NCBI GenBank assembly: GCA_964402565.1
Contig: CAYOCJ010000001.1
Location: forward strand, 504,802 to 568,801
Length of the DNA: 64,000 nucleotides
Source: an uncultured Gammaproteobacteria bacterium
Lineage (GTDB): Bacteria > Patescibacteriota > Patescibacteriia > UBA1558 > 2-01-FULL-52-15
Direction of reading: 5' to 3'
Position numbers and translations under genes: made by a program. Positions 57,952 to 64,000 of this stretch are shown in pieces. The number at the start of each line of letters is the position of its first letter. Position 1 is the stretch's first letter. The notes under the pieces are model-generated. The model searched no databases. It was not told where the DNA came from and saw only the letters and a program-made list of their open reading frames with translations.

Positions 57952-59547
57952 CTAGAGTAGCGATATCCCGATAATCTCATCGGGTTTTTTTAACCCCATT
58001 ATTTTTAAAATGGTCGCAGTTATATCCGGCAAAATACCGGCAGATGAAGCCATACTCAAATCGTGTCCACGAATACCATAGGAGACATTTTTACCCTGCC
58101 ATGGTTTACCAATAATGATAAAGGGCACCGGATTATTTGAATGCATCTTATCAACCGCGCCAGTTTGTAAATTAAAGAGGCTTTCGGCATTACCGTGATC
58201 TGCAGTAATCAAAACCGCACCATCATAGGCAAGGGCAGTATCGACGATCTGACCTATGCACTCATCCAGCACCTGAACGGCTTCGATCGTTGCCTGCAAA
58301 TTTCCGGTGTGGCCTACCATGTCTGCATTGGCAAAGTTAACGACGATAAAGTCATATTTCGACTCGCGGATCTCGGATATCAACCGAGCCGTGATTTCCC
58401 GGGCGCTCATTGCTGGTTTTTGATCATAGGATGCAGATTTTACTGATGGTATCAAGATATGCTCCTCGCCGGGATATTTCTTCTCCTGGCCTCCGTTAAA
58501 AAAATAAGTCACATGCGCATATTTTTCTGTTTCTGCGATATGCAGCTGGGCTAAGCCTGCGTCGCTTATGACTTTAGCCAGAGGCATCGTAACTGCTTCC
58601 GGAGGAAAGGCGACAGGCACCGGCAAATCTTTTTCATACTCGGTCATTGCAAGAAAATGCAGATCCTGCATATACACACGTTCAAATTTATTAAAACCCG
58701 GAAGTACAAAAGCTTTCGTTAACTGACGTGCCCGGTCGGCGCGAAAGTTAAAGAAGACAACACCATCCCCATTTGAGATCGTTGCCACCGGTTTTCCATG
58801 ATCAGTGATGACCGTCGGCACTAATTGCTCGTCATAGACGCCCTTATCGTATGACTCCTGAATGGCCTTCTGCGGATCGTCAGACATGACATCAGCAACA
58901 CCCTGTACCATAGCGCGATACGCTTTCTCAGTGCGATCCCACCTATTATCCCTGTCCATGGCATAGAAACGGCCGGCAAGCGTAGCGATTTTTCCAATGC
59001 CTAATTTTTTCAACACATCCTGCAGCTTACTGACAAAGGTCAATCCGCTATTGAGCGGCGTATCTCTGCCGTCGAGAAAACAATGTATAAATACCTTCTC
59101 CATTTTTTGCTGTTCGGCCAATTCTAACAGCGCATACAGGTGCTCATTGAAGCTATGCACGCCTCCCGAGCTGACCAAACCTATGATATGCAATGCCGTG
59201 CCGTTCTTTTTGACCGTCTTGTACAGCTCGAGAAATTCTTTATTCTGAAAAAAAGTTCCGTCTGCGATCGATTTTGAAATACGCGGCAGGCTCTGATACA
59301 GCACTCTGCCTGATCCAAGGCTCAAGTGGCCCACCTCCGAATTGCCTACCTCGCCCCACGACAAGCCTACTGCTTCCCCTGCGGCCTGTATGGACATGGC
59401 CGGATAATTCGTCAAATACGAATCCATGTTCGGCGTCTTGGCAAGACTGATGGCATTAGCCCGGGATGGCGGCGCAATGCCCCACCCGTCGAGTACGATC
59501 AGTACCACAGGGCGCGGTCGGACAAATGGTGCATTCGAGGGTGGCAT
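57952..59547 (-). CDS. gpmI: 2,3-bisphosphoglycerate-independent phosphoglycerate mutase (copy a)
   Basis: VLIVLDGWGI, GNSEVGHLSLGSGR (catalytic Ser) and ITADHGN. Confidence 0.9.
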   Translation of the reverse strand: MPPSNAPFVRPRPVVLIVLDGWGIAPPSRANAISLAKTPNMDSYLTNYPAMSIQAAGEAVGLSWGEVGNSEVGHLSLGSGRVLYQSLPRISKSIADGTFFQNKEFLELYKTVKKNGTALHIIGLVSSGGVHSFNEHLYALLELAEQQKMEKVFIHCFLDGRDTPLNSGLTFVSKLQDVLKKLGIGKIATLAGRFYAMDRDNRWDRTEKAYRAMVQGVADVMSDDPQKAIQESYDKGVYDEQLVPTVITDHGKPVATISNGDGVVFFNFRADRARQLTKAFVLPGFNKFERVYMQDLHFLAMTEYEKDLPVPVAFPPEAVTMPLAKVISDAGLAQLHIAETEKYAHVTYFFNGGQEKKYPGEEHILIPSVKSASYDQKPAMSAREITARLISEIRESKYDFIVVNFANADMVGHTGNLQATIEAVQVLDECIGQIVDTALAYDGAVLITADHGNAESLFNLQTGAVDKMHSNNPVPFIIIGKPWQGKNVSYGIRGHDLSMASSAGILPDITATILKIMGLKKPDEIIGISLL

Positions 59548-59549
59548 AC

Positions 59550-61106
59550 CTACTTTCGTATGAGACTCGACCCTGTCATGAGGTCTGGTTTATCAACGTG
59601 CAATAGCTCAAGCAAGGTTGGCGCAATATCAGCGAGGATGCCTTTCTTGCGAAGCTGCAGCTTCGGCCCTTTTTTGATGATAATGCAGGGCACGGGATTT
59701 TTTGAGTGTTCAGTGTCTATCTCACCGGTTGTTCTATTTACCAGTTCCTCTGCATTGCCGTGATCTGCAGTAATGCATATCATACCGTTCTTTGCGAGAA
59801 CCGCTGCAACCATTTTACCAAGACAATGGTCTACGTACTCTGCTGCTTCGATGGTAGCCGGTACGCTTCCCGTATGCGCCAGCATGTCTGCATTTGAAAT
59901 ATTAACCCCGATAAAATCATACCTGTCGCTACTTATTGCTTTCAAAAATTGGCTGGTGATAGACGGCAGGCCCATTTTCGGAGTTTTTTTGTATGAAAGC
60001 ACGTCCGGTGATGGGACCATGATGCGCTTTTCGCCTGCGACCGGCCGGTCATAACCGCCATTAAAGAAATAGGTCATGTGCGCGTATTTCTCGCTCTCAG
60101 CGATATACAATTGCCGGAAATTGCTCAGCACGACCGGCAAGGTGTCCACGATGTCGCGGCTCGGATATGCAGTGAGAATCGTTTCCAGATCCGGGCCAAA
60201 ATCAGTCATGGCGACGAAAAAAACATTTTTTAATACTTTCAAGCGCTTAAATGCATGTGCATTGACCTTTTCAAAATCAAATTGCGTAAACGGCTTTGAG
60301 AGCTGCCGAGCGCGATCAGACCGTAAATTGAAAAAAACAACACTGTCCTTGTCGCTTATCTTCCCCACCGGCTTGCCATTTGAGGTGATCACGGTCGGCA
60401 GAATGAACTCATCGGTCTCGCCGCGATTATACGCATGCAGAACAGCATCCTCGGCTGAACTCGCTGTCTGGGGCGCTACGCCGCGAACCATTGCATCGTA
60501 AGCTAATTGCGTATGCTTCCAGTCCTTTTTCCTGTCCATCGCATATGCTCTGCCGATAATAGAAGCTATGGTGCATTGTGCGTTGAACAAATTCTGATAC
60601 TTGCGAAGAAGCCGGATCGCAGAATACCGGGAGCTGTCCCGTCCATCCGTAAACAAATGCAGATAAATATTCTTAACCTTTTGGTAGCGGAAAAATGTAA
60701 TAAGCGCTATCAGATGATCAGGCTGCGAATGTGCGCTTTGTCCGTTCGACAAGAGCCCCATCAAATGCACATTCGATTTATACTTGCGGGCATGTTTTGC
60801 TGCCTGCAAAAAAGCAGGATTCTTGAAAAAAGTTCCGTCTGAGATCGAGCGCGAGATCATCACGCTGTCTTGTTCGACAATGCGTCCTGCTCCGATATTC
60901 ATATGGCCTGCTTCGGAATTTCCATCCTGGCCAAGCGGCAATCCCACATGGACCGATGAAGCCAATAATTCTGTGTATGCGTACTTACGCTTAAACTCAT
61001 CCATATGGGGCGTTTTTGCCTGATAGAGCGCATTGCTCTCATCATGGGGGCCGATCCCCCAGCCATCAAGAATAAATAGCACAAATGGTTTGCTAGTTTT
61101 TGCCAT
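59550..61106 (-). CDS. gpmI: 2,3-bisphosphoglycerate-independent phosphoglycerate mutase paralogue (copy b, ~35-40% identity to copy a)
   Basis: FVLFILDGWGIGP, GNSEAGHMNIGAGR and ITADHGNAE. The start was trimmed to MAKTSKPF at 61106. Confidence 0.85.
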   Translation of the reverse strand: MAKTSKPFVLFILDGWGIGPHDESNALYQAKTPHMDEFKRKYAYTELLASSVHVGLPLGQDGNSEAGHMNIGAGRIVEQDSVMISRSISDGTFFKNPAFLQAAKHARKYKSNVHLMGLLSNGQSAHSQPDHLIALITFFRYQKVKNIYLHLFTDGRDSSRYSAIRLLRKYQNLFNAQCTIASIIGRAYAMDRKKDWKHTQLAYDAMVRGVAPQTASSAEDAVLHAYNRGETDEFILPTVITSNGKPVGKISDKDSVVFFNLRSDRARQLSKPFTQFDFEKVNAHAFKRLKVLKNVFFVAMTDFGPDLETILTAYPSRDIVDTLPVVLSNFRQLYIAESEKYAHMTYFFNGGYDRPVAGEKRIMVPSPDVLSYKKTPKMGLPSITSQFLKAISSDRYDFIGVNISNADMLAHTGSVPATIEAAEYVDHCLGKMVAAVLAKNGMICITADHGNAEELVNRTTGEIDTEHSKNPVPCIIIKKGPKLQLRKKGILADIAPTLLELLHVDKPDLMTGSSLIRK

Positions 61107-62373
61107 GTAATTCCCGTTCAATTTCCAGCAATCGATTATACTTTGCAATGCGTTCGCCGCGGGCAGTAGACCCTGTTTTAATAAAATCCGCATTAACACC
61201 TACGGCAAGGTCTGCAATAAATGTGTCCGGGGTCTCACCGCTTCGATGCGAAATAGCAGTTGCATAGTTGTGCTGCTGTGCAAGCTGAATGCAAGATAGC
61301 GTCTCCGTTAATGTCCCGATCTGATTCAACTTGATCAAAATACTATTTGCGGCCCCCTGGTCGATGCCTTTTTGCAGCCTTTTAACATTGGTCACAAAAA
61401 GATCATCGCCGATCAGCTTTAGTTTTTCATGATGCGCCTTGGATCGTGCGGTATACTGTTGCCATGCCCGCCAGTCTTCCTCGGCAAAAGGATCTTCAAT
61501 TGCGCTAATAGGATACTCGCGAATAAGCCCGTCATAGTATTCGGCCAGTTCAGATGAATCCATTTCTGTATGCTCAAGCTGTAACTTATATTTTTCTATT
61601 TCATGATCATAGAAAACCGATGATCCTGCGTCGATGCCAAGGGCAATCTCGCTTCCCGGCGTATAGTTGGCTTGCTCAATGGCATGCAGCAGCAGATCAA
61701 AGACGCGACGATGATTAGGAAAATTCGGCGCATATCCGCCTTCATTGCCCAGATCGGTATCCATATGTTCTGAAGTTAATACTGATCCTAGTGCATGAAA
61801 AATTTCACTGCCCTGCTCTAAGCGTTCAGCAAACGCTGTTGCATGATGCGGAATGATCCAGAATTCCTGGATATTGAGATTCGTCGCAGCATGCATACCT
61901 CCGTTGATGACATTGATAAGCGGAGTCGGCAAGTGATAGTCCTGATCGTCGCTTTCGCTCAGCGATCTAATATACCTATAGAGCGGCACGCCGAATGCTT
62001 GCGCAGCAGCACGAGCACAAGCGAGCGAAACGCCTAAAATCGCATTTGCTCCTAAGCGGCTTTTATTTTCAGTGCCATCAAGACCTATCATCAATTGATC
62101 CAGCCTCTGTTGATCATTCACATACATACCTGAAAGATGGGCAGCGATTTCGTTATTTACATTTGCAACAGCTTTCAAAACCCCTTTACCTCCGTATCGC
62201 TTCTTGTCGCCGTCGCGCAATTCAAATGCTTCAAAGGTGCCAGTAGACGCGCCCGACGGCACTGAAGCAGTTGCCTGCATGCCATTTTCCAAATGGACCG
62301 TTACTTCAAGCGTAGGATCGCCGCGGGAGTCCAAGATTTCCAATGCCTCGATTTTTTTTATTTTTTTTGACAT
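61093..62373 (-). CDS. eno: Enolase (copy 2; SHRSGETPD variant of the SHRSGETED motif)
   Basis: ILDSRGDPTLEVTV, SHRSGETPDTFIADLAVG and KYNRLLEIE. The start was trimmed to MSKKIKKIEALEI at 62373, 3 nt after the pgk stop. Confidence 0.9.
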   Translation of the reverse strand: MSKKIKKIEALEILDSRGDPTLEVTVHLENGMQATASVPSGASTGTFEAFELRDGDKKRYGGKGVLKAVANVNNEIAAHLSGMYVNDQQRLDQLMIGLDGTENKSRLGANAILGVSLACARAAAQAFGVPLYRYIRSLSESDDQDYHLPTPLINVINGGMHAATNLNIQEFWIIPHHATAFAERLEQGSEIFHALGSVLTSEHMDTDLGNEGGYAPNFPNHRRVFDLLLHAIEQANYTPGSEIALGIDAGSSVFYDHEIEKYKLQLEHTEMDSSELAEYYDGLIREYPISAIEDPFAEEDWRAWQQYTARSKAHHEKLKLIGDDLFVTNVKRLQKGIDQGAANSILIKLNQIGTLTETLSCIQLAQQHNYATAISHRSGETPDTFIADLAVGVNADFIKTGSTARGERIAKYNRLLEIERELHGKN

Positions 62374-62375
62374 GA

Positions 62376-63539
62376 TCACTTCTTCTTCACCAGCGGTCGC
62401 AATGCAGGGCACGGTGTTCCCTGCAAGAACGACAGCATGGCTCCTCCTCCTGTTGAAACAAAATGAATCTTTTTCTCCGCTTTTGCAGCAAGCACAGCTT
62501 TTACTGTTTCGCCGCCACCGATATATGCTTTAGCGCGCGCTTTCATTAGAATGTGGACCAAAGCATGCGTTGCCTTCGCATAACGCGGGTCTTCAAAGTA
62601 ACCCAATGGCCCGTTCCAGATCACGGTACGCGCTTTTTGGATAACCTGCTCATACAAAGCGATGGTATCAGGACCAAGGTCCAGTATCATCTCACTTTTA
62701 CGAACGCTCCCGACTGCAGAGACGCGCGCTTTTGCAGTTAGCGATGAGGATACCAAGGCATCGACCGGCAGTTTCAGCTTATTGCTCATGAGATTCTTGC
62801 TCCAGGCAAGCATATGCGGTTCAATTTTTGATCTACCGACATCGTAATTCAATGCTGCAAGGACATTGTTCGCCAAAGCACCGCCCAGGAGCAAATACTC
62901 AACTTTTCGGAGCATGCGCTTCAGTAAAACGATCTTTGATGAAATTTTATTACCCCCTACAATAGCTACGATAGGATGTGCTGCATGACTCAGCAATCCA
63001 TAGAGACGCTCGACCTCATACTGGAGCAAAAAACCCGCATAGGACGGCAAATGACGAGTCACGGCGACCATGGATGCATGATTTCGATGTATATTGCCGA
63101 ATGCATCATCGACATATACATCTGCTAAAGCAGCCAATTCTTTACCGAGCCTGGGATCATTTTGTTCTTCCCGGATATCAAATCGAATGTTTTCAAGGCA
63201 TGCTATCTGGCCGGGTTTTAGTTTTTTTGACCATGCAGCATAGTCGTCCATGCTTCCGTTCCAAAAGGCTATCGGCTTTCCCAAAAGCCTCGTCAGAGCA
63301 GCGACTATCGGCTTCAGGCTCAAGTCATGATCATGGCCATGCGGCCTGCCACGATGCGACACCACGATAACTCTCGCTTTTTTCTCGAGGAGATATCGTA
63401 TAGTCTTGAGCGAGCTCTCTAGCTTCCACAGATCATCAGGCCCTATCTTCCCCTTTGTCACTGATGCATTCAAATCGCATCGAAGCAAAACCCGTTTGTT
63501 TCGAAGTAGCAGCACAGAACGTATGCTTCGCAATTTCAT
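62376..63539 (-). CDS. pgk: Phosphoglycerate kinase
   Basis: VLLRCDLNA...VIVVSHRGRP N-domain and C-domain GGGA/GGGE motifs. Confidence 0.9.
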   Translation of the reverse strand: MKLRSIRSVLLLRNKRVLLRCDLNASVTKGKIGPDDLWKLESSLKTIRYLLEKKARVIVVSHRGRPHGHDHDLSLKPIVAALTRLLGKPIAFWNGSMDDYAAWSKKLKPGQIACLENIRFDIREEQNDPRLGKELAALADVYVDDAFGNIHRNHASMVAVTRHLPSYAGFLLQYEVERLYGLLSHAAHPIVAIVGGNKISSKIVLLKRMLRKVEYLLLGGALANNVLAALNYDVGRSKIEPHMLAWSKNLMSNKLKLPVDALVSSSLTAKARVSAVGSVRKSEMILDLGPDTIALYEQVIQKARTVIWNGPLGYFEDPRYAKATHALVHILMKARAKAYIGGGETVKAVLAAKAEKKIHFVSTGGGAMLSFLQGTPCPALRPLVKKK

Positions 63540-63940
63540 TATTCGGCGATTGAAATTTTAGTTATACCCGGCAGATCCGCCAAAAAACATAAATGATTCA
63601 CTGTTGTATCAGCAACCGCATAATCCAGGATCCACGTATTGATATCAAGCATGACGCCGGCTGTTGCAAAATAGTCCTTCACATCCTGCGACGGCTTCTC
63701 TGAAAAATGAATCAACAACTGGATCGGCGCTGTGGAGCTCTTTCTCGCATTCAGAAGTTGTTTCTCAAATAAAGGACTTTTCGCGCAACTCAAATACGAA
63801 CCGATCGGCTTCTCAGTACTATACAAAAAATCCAAAGAAAATCGTTTAGCATCTTTTCCTAAATAAAAAAGAGCCAGCATAACGAGCACGATAATGGCTA
63901 TGACAAACTTATATTTTTTTGCTAATTGCAGGATTGCCAT
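63539..63940 (-). CDS. Hypothetical membrane-anchored protein
   Basis: N-terminal TM segment VIAIIVLVMLALFYL. No recognised motif. It overlaps the pgk start by 1 nt. Confidence 0.4.
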   Translation of the reverse strand: MAILQLAKKYKFVIAIIVLVMLALFYLGKDAKRFSLDFLYSTEKPIGSYLSCAKSPLFEKQLLNARKSSTAPIQLLIHFSEKPSQDVKDYFATAGVMLDINTWILDYAVADTTVNHLCFLADLPGITKISIAE

Positions 63941-64000
63941 ACAGTCCTATACCTGCATAGTATACCATAATACTGCTGCATGTTTAAACCCAGTCTCTCT

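Noticed and set aside
1-64000. CRISPR arrays, rRNA genes
   Set aside because: No regularly spaced direct repeats and no rRNA-like conserved segments were seen. The only tandem repeats are the 28-bp terminator duplication and the in-gene domain duplication.

Overview
The window is a gene-dense bacterial chromosome segment with about 43-45% GC, short intergenic spacers and many 1-20 nt gene overlaps. It reads as a small-genome Gram-positive-type or Candidate Phyla Radiation (Patescibacteria)-like organism; this assignment is inference. Supporting hints are a class I LysRS, a sortase/LPXTG system, a PilM homologue and compact operons.

Most genes are core housekeeping:
- Translation: gltX, serS, class I lysK, alaS, fmt-def, and a complete infA-rpmJ-rpsM-rpsK-rpsD-rpoA-rplQ-rplM-rpsI ribosomal operon.
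- Lower glycolysis: pgk-eno-gpmI-gpmI, plus a separate eno-gpmA pair.
- Envelope and division: htrA, ctpA, ftsQ-like, alr, mltG and an M23 peptidase.
- Nucleotide-sugar enzymes ugd and manC-like.
- A 7-gene surface-polysaccharide cluster: three GT2, two GT4, a Wzy/ligase-like protein and a Wzx flippase.

Accessory-looking content:
- A 1263-aa sortase-anchored vWA adhesin (LPNTG) with two near-identical Cys-rich repeats, plus its sortase.
- A STAS-like/PilM-like/processive-GT2 three-gene operon.
- A lexA-dinB SOS cassette with a perfect GAAC-N4-GTTC-type operator inside the lexA promoter spacer.
- A Xer-type tyrosine recombinase beside a 380-bp AT-rich non-coding stretch.
- Two large TSP3-repeat surface proteins, one GC-rich with a PA14 domain.
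- Three GC-rich structured intergenic patches that look like unannotated small RNAs or cassettes (20.2 kb, 50.5 kb, 55.2 kb).

No rRNA, tRNA or CRISPR array was recognised. rpmJ (L36, 37 aa) is missing from the ORF track and was recovered by translating the S13-IF1 gap.
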